64,000 nucleotides of DNA from Eledone cirrhosa (taxonomy: Eukaryota): NCBI GenBank assembly GCA_964016885.1, contig OZ024741.1, positions 372,001-436,000 of the forward strand, in the 5' to 3' direction. Positions 1-14,535 of the stretch are shown here, one piece after another. The notes under the pieces were generated by a model. That model was not told the DNA's origin. It ran no database searches and saw only the letters and a list, made by a program, of their open reading frames with translations. Position numbers and translations under genes: made by a program. Positions within the stretch are counted from its first letter, which is position 1. Each line of letters begins with the position of its first letter.

Positions 1-761
1 GACATAATTGTTATTAGTGTCAAAGGCATCATGTGGAGAGTCAGGAGTTAAAAATATGTTCTGCTTGAAAGAACACAATTACAGGCAGCACTGGTTGGAA
101 ATGTAATAGGTATAAGTAAGAAGCACAAGCAAAAAAAAACACAGGCAAAAAAGTTATAAGCAAGGAAAATCGGTGTACAATGCAGGAGTCAATACAGTCA
201 ATAATGCATGTATGAGGAAAGAGTTATAATGCAGTTGAAATAAACATATTTTGTGTGGGCTGTTAAAGCATGTTATAAATCTATTCATATAGACCACCTA
301 ACAAATTTTGTAACCTTTATATTCTCCAGTCTAAAAATATTATTCACTCTAACCTTAGCCTACTAAATAGGAAATCAGAGATCTTCTACACGTCTCCACA
401 TTTCCATAGATTCTCGTTCCACTACTTCAAACCTAGTAACTAATAATAATAATAAAAATAAAAATAAAGACCAATGTTGGAGATAACACTAGACCACCAC
501 CTTGTAGTTTATCCAACTAGACCTTCATGAATATAGGACTACACCTTAATTAAAAGACCACACTGACCTACATACAGTCATTAAACCCCTGTTTGATCTC
601 TTACCTTTCACAATTAAAAGATTTAAATATAGACACTCTAATAAACTCTCAATATACAACGCCAACTAAATAGCAGACAACTGTGTATATAACTCCAATT
701 ACTCCAGTATATATTATGCAGCTCACTATCCTGTCATAAAAAACTATCTCTACATAATCTG

Positions 762-763
762 TA

Positions 764-845
<82 letters not shown>

Positions 846-915
846 CCATGTGTGTGTGTGTATATATATATATACATTCTCACACATAGTATATGCATAT
901 ATAATATAAGGTATA
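762..915. repeat. Compound (TA)n/(TG)n microsatellite
   Basis: Directly visible (TA)n at about 774-798, (TG)n at about 798-860, then a degenerate TA-rich tail. Confidence 0.95.
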
Positions 916-1482
916 TACATATGTAAAAACTATCTAGTTATAATAAACTAAATAATAGAATGTTTTTAACCTCCTCCACACAAGTTTAAAAGATAACAAT
1001 TATATAACCAATAATATTTTATATACTCTATAAAGATTAATTTATAACACTACCACAATATTAAAACAACCCTTAATGTATCAACAACCTTAATTACCTG
1101 CCTTTGTTATTAACCCCCTTTACAACTTCCTGTGTAAACTTGAGCAACATAATGGTTTACCAACAGCTTAATAACGGTTAATACAAACCCTAGAAAAGAT
1201 AATTTGTAGATAAAAAATGCATAAAATAATATACCTAAAATAACAACATGGCCAGTAATTCAGCGGAATTTACATTTAACAAACAAACACCTATTGACTA
1301 TAAACGACTTAAAATAATCCCATGGTTAATAGCTGTGAGTAACAAACAACACATACACATAAATACGAACTACAACACAAAAACACTTAAATGAAAACGG
1401 TTGAGAATATATAGTTTTCTCTTCTGTGTAAATGAGGTGATTAATCTACTGGAACTTATGGAGCTTCACATGCAAATGAGAT

Positions 1483-1680
1483 TAATCACCTCATATCTCT
1501 CCCATTTTCATTCCAAGGAGTAGAAGTTCTGTTCTTTCAGCCTCTCCCAGTAGCTCATCTCCTTCATCGTGGCAATCCTGTTGGTGTAGCTTTGTTGCAT
1601 TGCCTCAAGCTACGTGGTTTGTTTGATAACGTACGAGTGACCACAGCTGGAAGCTGTAGTCTGGGCAGCTTAGGACAAGT
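1483..1680 (-). mobile_element. Decayed CR1-like LINE fragment (ORF2 C-terminal region)
   Basis: The reverse complement translates to LVLSCPDYSFQLWS..., then after a frameshift to LEAMQQSYTNRIATMKEMSYWERLKEQNFYSLE*KWERYEVI. This matches the CR1-clade motif 'LDYCSQLWSP...LE.IQR..T..I..M..LSYWERLK.L.LYSLERRRERY'. Confidence 0.8.
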
Positions 1681-1689
1681 GTTCTATGT

Positions 1690-4600
1690 CTATATTACCA
1701 ATACACTGTCCTATATCTATATTACCAGTAGACTGTCCTATATTACCAGTACGCTGTCCTATATTACCAATACACTGTCCTATATTACCAGTACGCTGTC
1801 CTATATTACCAGTTTACTGTCCTATATTACCAGTATACTGTCCTATATTACCAGTATACTGTCCTATATTACCAGTACACTGTCCTGTATTACCAGTACG
1901 CTGTCCTATATTACCAGTAGACTGTCCTATATTACCAGCACACTGTCCTATATTACCAGTAGACTTCCTATATTACCAGTACAGGGTCCTATAATACCAG
2001 TACACTGTCCTATGTTACCTGCACACTGTCCAATATTACCAGTACACTGTCCTATATTGCTAATACACTGCTATATTACCAGTACACTGTCCTATATTAC
2101 CAGTACACTGTACTATATTACCGGTACAGTCCTATATTGCTAGTACCCTGTCCTATATTACCAGTACACTGTCCTACATTAGCAGTACACTGTCCTATAT
2201 TACCAGTACACTGCCCTATATTACCAACACACTGTCCAATATTACCAGTACACTGTCCTATATTGCCAGTACACTGTCCTATATTGCCAGTACACTGCTA
2301 TATTACCAGTGCACTGTTCTATATTACCAGTACACTGTACTATATTACCAGTACACTATCCTATATTAGTAGTACCCTGTCCTATATTACCAGTACACTG
2401 TCTTACATTAGCAGTACACTGTCCCATGTTACCAGTACACTGTCCTATATTACCAGTACACTGCTATATTACCAGTACACTGTCATATATTACCAGTAGA
2501 CTGTCCTATATTACCAGTACATTTCCTATATTTCCAGTACACTGTCCTATATTTGCAGTACCCTGTGCTATATTACTAGTACCCTGTGCTATATTACCAG
2601 TACACTATCCTATATTACCAGTACACTGTCCTATGCTACCAGTACACTGTCCTATATTGCCAGTACACTCCTATATTACCAGTACACTGTCCTATATTAC
2701 CAGTACACTGGTATATTACTAGTACACTGTCCTATATTACCAGTGCACTGTCCTATATAACCAGTACACTGCTATATTACCAGTGCACTGTCCTATATTA
2801 CCAGTACATTGTCCGATATTACCAGTAGTATGTCCTATATTACTAGTAGTCTGTCCTATATTACCAGTAGTCTGTCCTATATTACCAGTAGACTGTCCTA
2901 TATTACCAGTACACTGTCCTAAATTAGCAGTACACTGCCCTATATTACCAATACACTGTCCTATATTACCAGCACACTGTCCAATATTACCAGTCCACTG
3001 GCCTATATTACCAATACACTGTCCTATATTACCAGTACGCTGTCCTATATTACCAGTATACTGTCCTATATTACCAGTATACTGTCCTATATTACCAGTA
3101 CACTGTCCTGTATTACCAGTACGCTGTCCTATATTACCAGTAGACTGTCCTATATTACCAGTAGACTTCCTATAATACCAGTACACTGTCCTATGTTACC
3201 TGCACACTGTCCAATATTACCAGTACACTGTCCTATATTGCTAATACACTGCTATATTACCAGTTCACTGTCCTATATTACCAGTACACTGTCCTACATT
3301 AGCAGTAGACTGTCCTATATTACCAGTACACTGCTATATTACCAGTACACTGTTCTATATTACCAGTACACTGTACTATATTACCAGTACACTATCCTAT
3401 ATTAGTAGTACCCTGTCCTATATTACCAGTACACTGTCTTACATTAGCAGTACACTGTCCCATGTTACCAGTACACTGTCCTATATTACCAGTACACTGC
3501 TATATTACCAGTACACTGTCATATATTACCAGTAGACTGTCCTATATTACCAGTACATTTCCTATATTTCCAGTACACTGTCCTATATTTGCAGTACCCT
3601 GTGCTATATTACTAGTACCCTGTGCTATATTACCAGTACACTATCCTATATTACCAGTACACTGTCCTATGCTACCAGTACACTGTCCTATATTGCCAGT
3701 ACACTGTCCTATATTACCAGTACACTGTCCTATATTACCAGTACACTGGTATATTACTAGTACACTGTCCTATATTACCAGTGCACTGTCCTATATAACC
3801 AGTACACTGCTATATTACCAGTGCACTGTCCTATATTACCAGTACATTGTCCGATATTACCAGTAGTATGTCCTATATTACTAGTAGTCTGTCCTATATT
3901 ACCAGTAGTCTGTCCTATATTACCAGTAGACTGTCCTATATTACCAGTACACTGTCCTAAATTAGCAGTACACTGCCCTATATTACCAATACACTGTCCT
4001 ATATTACCAGCACACTGTCCAATATTACCAGTCCACTGGCCTATATTGCCAGTACACTGTCCTATATTACCAGTATGCTGTCCTATATTACCAGTACGCT
4101 GTCCTATATTACCAGTATACTGTCCTATATTACCAGTACACTACTATATTACCAATACACTGTCCTATATTACTGGTACCCCGTCCTGTATTACCAATAC
4201 ACACCCATATTACCAGTAGACTGTCCTATATTACCAGTACACTCTGCTATAATACCAGTCCACTGTCCTATGTTACCTGAACACTGTCCAATATTACCAG
4301 TACACTGTCCTATATTGCTAGTACACTGCTATATTACCAGTACACTGTCCTATATTACCAGTACACTGTACTATATTACCGGTACAGTCCTATATTGCTA
4401 GTACCCTGTCCTATATTACCAGTACACTGTGCTACATTAGCAGTGCACTGTCCTACATTAGCAGTACACTGTCCTCTGTTACCAGTACACTGTCCTATAT
4501 TACCATTACACTGTCCTATATTGCCACTACACTGTCCTATATTACCAGCACACTGTCCAATATTACTAGTACCCTATCCTATATTACCAATACACTGTCC

Positions 4601-7600
4601 TATGTTACCAGTACACTGCTATATTACTAGCACACTGCTATATTACTAGTACACTGTCCTATATAACCAGTACACTATCCTATATTACTAGTACCCTGTC
4701 CTATATTACTAGTAAACTATCCTATATTACCGGTACACTACTATATTACCAGTACACTGTCCTATATTACAAGTACACTGTCCTATGTTACCAGTACACT
4801 GTCCTATGTTACCAGTACACTGTCCTATATTACCAGTAGTCTGTCCTATATTACTAGTGCCCTGTCCTATATTACCAGTAGTCTGTCCTCTATTGCCTGT
4901 AGACTGTCCTATATTACCAGTACACTGTACTATATTACCAGTAGACTGTCGTATGTTACCAGTACACTGCTATATTACTAGTACACTGTCCTATATTACT
5001 AGTACCCTGTCCTATATTACTAGTACCCTTCCTATATTACCAGTACTCTACTATATTACCAGTGCACTGTCCTATATTACTAGAACACTGCTCTATTACC
5101 AGTACACTGTCCTATGTTACCAGTACACTGTTCTATATTACCAGTAGTCTGTCCTATATTACCAGTACACTGTCCTATATTACCAATACACTGTCCTATA
5201 TTACCAGCACACTGTCCAATATTACCAGTACACTGGCCTATATTGCTGGTACACTATATTACCAGTGCACTATACTATATTACCAGTACACGGTATATAT
5301 TACCAGTAAGCTGTCCTATATTACTAGTACCCCGTCCTATATTACCAGTACACTGTCCTATATTACCAGTACATTGTGCTATGTTCCCATTACACTGTTC
5401 TATATTACCAATACACTCATATATAGCAGTACACTGTCCTACATTACCACTACACTGTCCTATATTACCAGCCCACTGCCAAATATTACTAGTACCATGT
5501 CATATGTTACCAGGACACTGTCCTACATTAGAAGTACACTGCTATATTACTAGTACACTGTCCTATATTACCAGTACATTAACAGAACACTGACCTGTAT
5601 TACCAGAACACTGTCCTATGTTTCCAGTACACTGCTATATTACTAGTACCCTGTCCTATATTACTAGTACACTGTCCTATATTACGAGTACACAGTACTA
5701 TATTACCAGTACACTGTCCTACATTAGCAGTACACTGTCCTATATTACCAATACACTCTCCTATATTACCAGCACACTGCCGAATATTGCCAGTACACTG
5801 CTATATTACCAGTACACTATACTATATTAACAGTACACTGTCCTATATTACTAGTACCGTGTCCTGTATTACCAGTACATTGTGCTATATTACCATTACA
5901 CTGTTCTATATTACCAGTACACTGTCATATATAGCAGTACACTGTCCTATGTTAGCAGTACACTGTCATATATAACCAGTACACTGTCCTATATTACTAG
6001 TACCCTGTCCTATATTATCAGTAGTCAGTCCTATATTACTAGCAGACTGTGCTATATTACGATCACACTGTCCAATATTACTAGCACCCTGTCCTATATT
6101 ACCAGTACACTGTCCTACATTAGCAGTACATTGTCCTATATTACCAGTAGTCAGTCCTATATTACTAGCAGATTGTGCTATATTACGAGCAGACTGTCCT
6201 ATATTACCAATACACTGTCCTATATTACCAGCACACTGTCCAATATTACTAGTACCCTGTCCTATATTACCAGTACACTGTCCTACATCAGCAGTAGACT
6301 GTCCTATGTTACCAGTACACTGCTATATTACTAGTACACTGTCCTATATAACCAGTACACTGTCCTATATTACCAGTGCACTGTACTATATTACCAGTAC
6401 ACTCCTATATTCCTACATTAGCAGTACACTGTCCTATATTAAGAGTACATTGCTATATTACCAGTACACTGTCCTATGTTACCAGTACACTGTCCTATAT
6501 TACCAGCACACTGTACTATATTACCAGTACACTGTCCTATGTTACCAGTACACTGTCCTATATTGCTAGTAGTCTGTCCTATATTACCAGTACACTGTCC
6601 TATATTACCAGTACACTGTTCTATATTACAAATACACTGTCCTATATTACCAGCACACTGTCCAATATTACCAGTCCACTGTCCTATATTAGCAGTACAC
6701 TGTCATATATAACCAGTACACTGTCCTATATTGCCAGTACACTGTCCTATATTACCACTACACTGCTATATTACCAGTACACTGTCCTATATTACTAGTA
6801 CCCTGTCCTATGTTACCAGTACACTGCTATATTACCAGTACACTGTCCTATATTACCAGTACACTGTCCTATATTACCAGTACACTGTCCTATATTACCA
6901 GCACACTGTCCAATATTACTAGTACCCTGTCCTATATTACCAGTACACTGTCCTACATTAGCAGTAGACTGTCCTATATTACCGGTACACTACTATATTG
7001 CCAGTGCACTGTCCTATATTACCAGTACACTCCTATATTCCTATATTAGTAGTACACTGTCCTATATTAAGAGTACATTGCTATATTACCAGTACACTGT
7101 CCTATATTACTAGTACCCTGGCCTATGTTACCAGTACACTGCTATATTACCAGTACACTGTCCTATATTACCAGTACACTGTCCTATATTACCAGTACAC
7201 TGTCCTATATTACCAGTACACTGTCCTATATTACCAGTATTCTGTCCTATATTACCAGTACACTGCCCTATATTAACAGTACACTGTCCTACATTAGCAG
7301 TACACTGTCCTATATTACCAATACACTGTCCTATATTACCAGCACACTGCCGAATATTACCAGTACACTGGCCTATATTACCAGTAACCCGTCCTATATT
7401 ACCAATGCACTGTCCTATATTACCAGTATATTGTACTATATTACCAGTCCACTGTTATATATAACCAGTCCACTGTCATATATAACCAGTACACGGTCCT
7501 ATATTACCAGTCCACTGTCCTATATAACCAGTACAGTGTTATACATAACGAGTACACTGTCCTATGTTACCAGTACACTGCTATATTACTAGCACAGTTC

Positions 7601-10600
7601 TATATTACTAGTACGCTGTCCTATATTACCGGTACACTACTATATTACCAGTACACTCCTATATTACTAATACACTGCTACATTACCAGTACACTATGCT
7701 ATATTACTAGTACCTGTCCTATATTACCAGTACACTGTCCTATATTACCAGTACACTACTATAATACCAATACACTGTCCTATATTACTAGTACCCCGTC
7801 CTGTATTACCAATACACTCCCATATTACCAGTACACTGTCCTATATTACCAATACATTGTGCTATGTGACCAGTACACTGTTCTATATTATCAGTCCACT
7901 GTCCTATATTAGCAGTACACTGTCCTATATTACCAGTACACTGCTATAATACCAGTACACTGTCCTATATGACCAGTACACTGTCCTATGTTACCAGTAC
8001 ACTGTCCTATATTACCATTAGTATGTCCTATATTAGCAGTACACTGTCATATATAACCAGTACACTGTCATATATAACCAGTACACTGTCCTATGTTACC
8101 AGTAGTCTGTCCTATATTACTAGTACCCTGTCCTATATTACCAGTAGTCTGTCCTATATTACTAGCAGACTGTGCTATATTACCAGTACACTGTCCTATA
8201 TTACCACTATACTGTCCAATATTAATAGTACCATGTCCTATATTACCAGTACACTGTCCTATGTTACCAGTACACTGTCCTATATTACTAGCACACTGCT
8301 ATATTACTAGTACACTGTCCTATATAACCAGTACACTGTCCAATATTACCAGTAGTCTGCCCTATATTGCTAGTACCCTGTCCTATAATACCAGTACACT
8401 GTCCTATGTTACCAGTACACTGTCCTATATTACCAGTAGTCTGTCTTATATTGCTAGTACCCTGTCCTATATTGCCAGTAGACTACCCCATATTACCAGT
8501 AAACTGTCCTATGTTACCAGTACACTGTCCTATATTACTAGCACACTGCTATATTACTAGTACACTGTCCTATATAACCAGTACACTGTCCAATATTACC
8601 AGTAGTCTGCCCTATATTGCTAGTACCCTGTCCTATAATACCAGTACACTGTCCTATGTTACCAGTACACTGTCCTATATTACCAGTAGTCTGTCTTATA
8701 TTGCTAGTACCCTGTCCTATATTACCAGTAGACTGTCATATTTTACCAGTACACTGCTATATTACTAGTACACTGTCCTATATTACCAGTACATTAACAG
8801 TACACTGACCTGTATTACTAGAACACTGTCCTATGTTTCCAGTACACTGCTATATTACTAGTACACTATCCTATATTACTAGTACCCTGTCCTATATTAC
8901 TAGTACCCTGTCCTATATTACTAGTACACTGTCCTATATAACCAGTACACTGTCCTATATTACCGGTACACTACTATATTACCAGTGCACTGTCCTATAT
9001 TACCAGTACACTCCTATATTCCTATATTAGCAGTACACTGTCCTATATTAAGAGTACATTGCTATATTACCAGTACACTATCCTATGTTACCAGTACACT
9101 GTCCTATATTACCAGCACACTGTACTATATTACCAGTACACTGTCCTATGTTACCAGTACACTGTCCTATGTTACCAGTATACTGTCCTATATTGCTAGT
9201 AGTCTGTCCTATATTATCAGTACACTGTCCTATATTACCAGTACAATGTCCTACATTAGCAGTACACTGTTCTATATTACCAATCCACTGTTCTATATTA
9301 CCAGTCCACTGTCCTATATTAGCAGTACACTACCCTATATTGCCAGTACACTGTCCTATATTACCAGTACACTGTCCTATATTACTAGTACCCTGTCCTA
9401 TGTTACCAGTACGCTGCTATATTACCAGTACACCGTCCTATATTACCAGTACACTGTCCTATATTACCAGTATTCTGTCCTATATTACCAGTACACTGTC
9501 CTATATTACCAGTACACTGTCCTACATTAGCAGTACACTGTCCTATATTACCAATACACTGTCCTATATTACCAGCACACTGCCGAATATTACCAGTACA
9601 CTGGCCTATATTACCAGTACCCCGTCATATATTACCAATGCACTGTCCTATATTACCAGTATATTGTACTATATTACCAGTCCACTGTTATATATAACCA
9701 GTCCACTGTCATATATAACCAGTACACGGTCCTATATTACCAGTCCACTGTCCTATATTAGCAGTACACTATCATATATAACCAGTACAGTGTTATATAT
9801 AACGAGTAGACTCTCCTATGTTACCAGTACACTGCTATATTACTAGCACAGTTCTATATTACTAGTACGCTGTCCTATATTACCGGTACACTACCATATT
9901 ACTGGTACATTCCTATATTACCAGTACACTCCTATATTACTAGTACACTGCTACATTACCAGTACACTGTGCTATATTACTAGTACCTGTCCTATATTAC
10001 CAGTACACTGTCCTATATTACCAGTACACTACTATATTACCAATACACTGTCCTATATTACTAGTACCCCGTCCTGTATTACCAATACACACCCATATTA
10101 CCAGTACACTGTCCTATATTACCAATACATTGTGCTGTGACCAGTACACTGTTCTATATTAGCAGTACAGTGTCATATATAACCAGTACACTGTCCTATA
10201 TTACCAGTACACTGTGCTATATTACCAGTACACTGTGCTATATTACCAGTACACTGTCCTATATGACCAGTACACTGTCCTATGTTACCAGTACACTGTC
10301 CTATATTACCATTAGTCTGTCCTATATTAGCAGTACACTGTCATATATAAACAGTACACTGTCATATATAACCAGTACACTGTCCTATGTTACCAGTAGT
10401 CTGTCCTATATTGCCAATAGTCTGTCCTATATTACTAGTACCCTGTCCTATATTGCCAGTAGTCTGTCCTATATTACTAGCAGCTTGTGCTATATTACCA
10501 GTACACTGTCCTATATTAATAGTACCATCTCCTATATTATCAGTACACTGTCCTATGTTACCAGTACACTGCTATATTACTAGCACACTGCTATATTACT

Positions 10601-13600
10601 AGTACACTGTTCTATATAACCAGTACACTGTCCTATATTACCAGTAGTCTGCCCTATATTGCTAGTACCCTGTCCTATGTTACCAGTACACTGTCCTATA
10701 TTACCAGTAGTCTGTCTTATATTGCTAGTACCCTGTCCTATATTGCCAGTAGACTGCCCTATATTACCAGTAAACTGTCCTATATTACCAGTAAACTGTC
10801 CTATATTACCAGTACACTGTCCTATATTACCAGTACACTGTCCTATATTACCACTAGACTGTCGTATTTTACCAGTACACTGCTATATTACTAGTACACT
10901 GTCCTATATTACTAGTACCCTGTCCTATATTACCGGTACTCTGCTATATTACCAGTGCACTGTTCTATATTACCAGTAGTCTGTCCTATATTACCAGTAC
11001 ACTGTCCTATATTACCAGCACACTGTCCAATATTACCAGTACCCTGGCCTATATTGCTGGTACACTGCTATATTACCAGTACACTATACTATATTACCAG
11101 TACATGGTACTATATTACCAGTAAACTGTCCTATATTACTAGTACCCCGTCCTATATTACCAGTACATTTTGCTATATTACCATTACACTGTTCTATATT
11201 ACCATTTCACTGTTCTATATTACCAGTACACTGTCCTATATTACCACCACACTGTTCTTTATTACCACTACACTGTCAAATATTACTAGTACCATGTCCT
11301 GTGTTACCAGGACACTGTCCTACATTAGCAGTACACTGTCCTGTATTACCAGTACACTGCTATATTACTAGCACACTGCTATATTACTAGTACACTGTCC
11401 TATATTACCAGTACATTAACAGTACACTGACCTGTATTACCAGAACACTGTCCTATGTTTCCAGTGCATTGTTATATTACTAGTACACTGTCCTATATAA
11501 GCAGTACACTCTCCTATATTACTAGTACACTGTCCTATATTACCAGTAGACTGTCCTACATTAGCAGTACACTGTCCTACATTAGCAGTACACTGTCCTA
11601 TATTACCAATACACTGCCCTATATTACCAGCACGCTGCCAAATATTGTCAGTACACTGCTATATTACCAGTACACTATACTATATTACCAGTACACTGTC
11701 CTATATTACTATTACCGCGTCCTATATTACCAGTACATTGTGGTATATTACCATTACACTGTTCTATATTACCAGTACACTGTCCTATGTTAGCAGTACA
11801 CTGTCATATATAACCAGTACACTGTCATATATAACCGGTACACTGTCCTATGTTACCAGTACACTGTCCTATATTACCAGTAGTCTGTCTTATATTGCTA
11901 GTACCCTGTCCTATTTTACCAATACACTGTCCTATATTACCAGCCAGCACACTGTCCAATATTACCAGTACACTGCTATATTACCAGGACACTGTCCTGT
12001 ATTACCAGTACACTGTCCTATGTTACCAGTACACTGCTATATTACCAGTACACTGTCCTATATTACCAATACACTGTCCTATATTACCAGTACACTGTCC
12101 TATATTACCAGTACATTGTGTTGTTACCAGTACACTGTTCTATATTACCTGTCCACTGTCCTATATTAGCAGTACACTGTCATATATGACCAGTACACTG
12201 TCATATATAACCAGTACACTGTCCTATATTGCCAGTACACTGTGCTATATTACAAGTACACTGCCCTATATGACCAGTACACTGTCCTATGTTACCAGTA
12301 CACTGTCCAATATTACCAGTAGTCTGTCCTATATTACTAGTACCCTGTCCTATATTCCCTGTAGCCTGTCCTATATTACTAGCAGACTGTTCTATATTAC
12401 CAGCAGACTGTCCTATATTACCAGCAGACTGTTCTATATTACCAGTACACTGTCCTATATTACTAGCACACTGTGCTATATTACCAGTACACTATACTAT
12501 GTTACCAGTACACTGTCCTATATTACTAGTACCCTGTCCTATATTACCAGTAGTCTGTCCTATATTACCAGTAGACTCTCCAATATTACTAGTACCCTGT
12601 CCTATATTACCAGTACACTGTCCTATATTACCAGTACACTGTCCTATATTCCCAGTACATTGTGCTATATCCCCAGTACACTGTTCTATATTACCAGTCC
12701 ACTGTCATATAACCAGTACACTGTCATATATAACCAGTACAATCTCTTATGTTACCAGTACACTGTCCTATATTACTAGTAGCCTGTCCTATATTACCAG
12801 TAGTCTGTCCTATATTACTAGCAGACTGTGCTATATTACCAGTACACTGTCCTATATTACCAGCAACTCTCCTATATTACCACTACACTGTTCTATATTA
12901 CCAGCCCACTGTCCCCTATTACCACTACACTGTCCTATATTACCAGCACACTGTCCAATATTACCACTACACTGTCCTACATTAGCAGTACACTGTCCTA
13001 TGTTACCAGTACACTGCTATATTACTAGCACACTACTATATTACTAGTACACTGTCCTATATAACCAGTACACTGTCCTATATTACTAGTACCCTGTCCT
13101 ATATTACCAGTACCCTGTCCTATATTACCAGTACACTGTCCTATATTACCGGTACACTACTCTATTACCAGTACACTATCCTATATGACCAGTACACTGT
13201 CCTATATTACCAGTACATTGTCCTATATTACCAGTACATTGTCCTATATTACCAGTACACTGTCCAATATTACCAGTACACTGGCCTATATTGCCAGTAC
13301 ACTATACTATATTACCAGTACACTGTCCTATATTACCAGTACACTGTCCTATATTACTTGTATTCTATCCTATATTCCCCATACACTGTGCTATATTACC
13401 AGTACACTGTCCTATATTATCAGTATACTATCCTAAATTACCAGTACACTGTGCTATATTACCAGTACACTGCCCTATATTACCAGTACACTGTTTTATA
13501 TTACTAGTACACTGCCCTATATTACCAGTACACTGTCCTATATTACCAGTACATTGTCCTATATTATTAGTACACTGTCCTATATTACCAGTACATTGTC

Positions 13601-13830
13601 CTATATTATTAGTACACTGTCCTATATTACCAGTACACTGTCCTATATTACCAGTGCACTGTTATATTACCAGTATGCTGCCCTATATTACCATTACACT
13701 GCCCTATATTACCAGTACGCTGCCCTATATTACCAGTACACTGCCCTATATTACCAGTACACTGCCCTATATTACCAGTACACTACCCTATATTACCAGT
13801 ACACCGTCTTATAAGTCTATATTTCCAGTA
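1690..13830 (+). repeat. 21-bp tandem satellite, consensus TATTACCAGTACACTGTCCTA, about 12.1 kb and about 580 units, with recurrent 19-bp variants (TATTACCAGTACACTGCTA)
   Basis: Uninterrupted periodicity. The three + frames give the 7-aa repeats ITSTLSY, LPVHCPI and YQYTVLY in the ORF track, and frames switch at the 19-bp units. Confidence 0.98.
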
Positions 13831-13849
13831 CACACTTTGTCTTTTGCAG

Positions 13850-13979
13850 GAAATATATATGAGAAACTGCACTATTTTGAAACCTTGAAATCTAAGGATA
13901 TTCACGTTATTACCAAACGTAGTGTAGATCCCAATCCCCAGTCACACCATAAATTTGTGCATCTGAAAGGACTAGGCAG
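13850..13979 (+). CDS. ADAM17: ADAM17/TACE-like prodomain exon (equivalent to vertebrate exon 2), 130 bp, phase 1 to 2
   Basis: Acceptor ctttgtcttttgcag|G, donor AG|gtaggt. Translates to NIYEKLHYFETLKSKDIHVITKRSVDPNPQSHHKFVHLKGLGR, resembling the ADAM17 prodomain start with its upstream KR site. Phase joins the next exon. Confidence 0.88.
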
Positions 13980-14174
13980 GTAGGTTACTAATGCTCACCT
14001 TTTTAGTCATTCTACCCTCACCTTCACTCTATTTATTCATACCTTACACTTTCTCCTTAGATGTTAAGCACGAACTATATTTTACTCATTGTTTATTGAT
14101 ACTCCACTAAGCCAGTTTATCCTAAAGAACTGCAGTTTTTTTTATTATGGTTCACTCTATAAAAAAAACTGTAG

Positions 14175-14535
14175 TGAAGCACCCAGTCCACTATTTAAAG
14201 TGATCATGCTGGTGTCATGACAAAAAGCACCCAGTCCACACTGTAAAGTGATCATGCTGGTATCATGACAAAAAGCACCCAGTCCACACTGTAAAGTGGT
14301 CATGTTGGTGTCATGACAAAAAGCACCCAGTCCACACTGTAAAGTGGTTGTGTAGGTGTTACGACAAAAGGCACCCATTCCACTCTGTAAGTGGTCATGT
14401 AGGTGTCATGACAAAAACCACCTAGTCCACACTGTAAAGTGGTAATGTTGGTGTCATGACAAAAGGCACCCATTCCACTCTGTAAAGTGGTCATATAGGT
14501 GTCATGACAAAAAGTACCCAGTCCACACTGTAAAT
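14175..14535 (+). repeat. 48-bp minisatellite (about 7.5 copies) derived from an RTE/SINE tail segment: GTCATGACAAAAAGCACCCAGTCCACACTGTAAAGTGRTCATGYTGGT
   Basis: 'caaaaagcaccc' recurs at 14221, 14269 and 14317 (period 48). The same motif occurs in the RTE 3' UTR at about 58155-58190. Confidence 0.9.

Noticed and set aside
1-1430. AT-rich region as a possible location of the signal-peptide exon or an old TE
   Set aside because: No convincing ATG-hydrophobic exon with a phase-1 donor and no recognisable TE motif could be supported by eye. The first exon is probably upstream of the window.
1592-13814. Dozens of ORFs with LPVHCPI, ITSTLSY, YQYTVLY or TGNIGQC repeats, resembling repetitive structural or metal-binding proteins
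   Set aside because: The 21-bp unit simply lacks stops in several frames. The 19-bp variants shift frames freely and there is no sign of codon-position constraint, so this is non-coding satellite.
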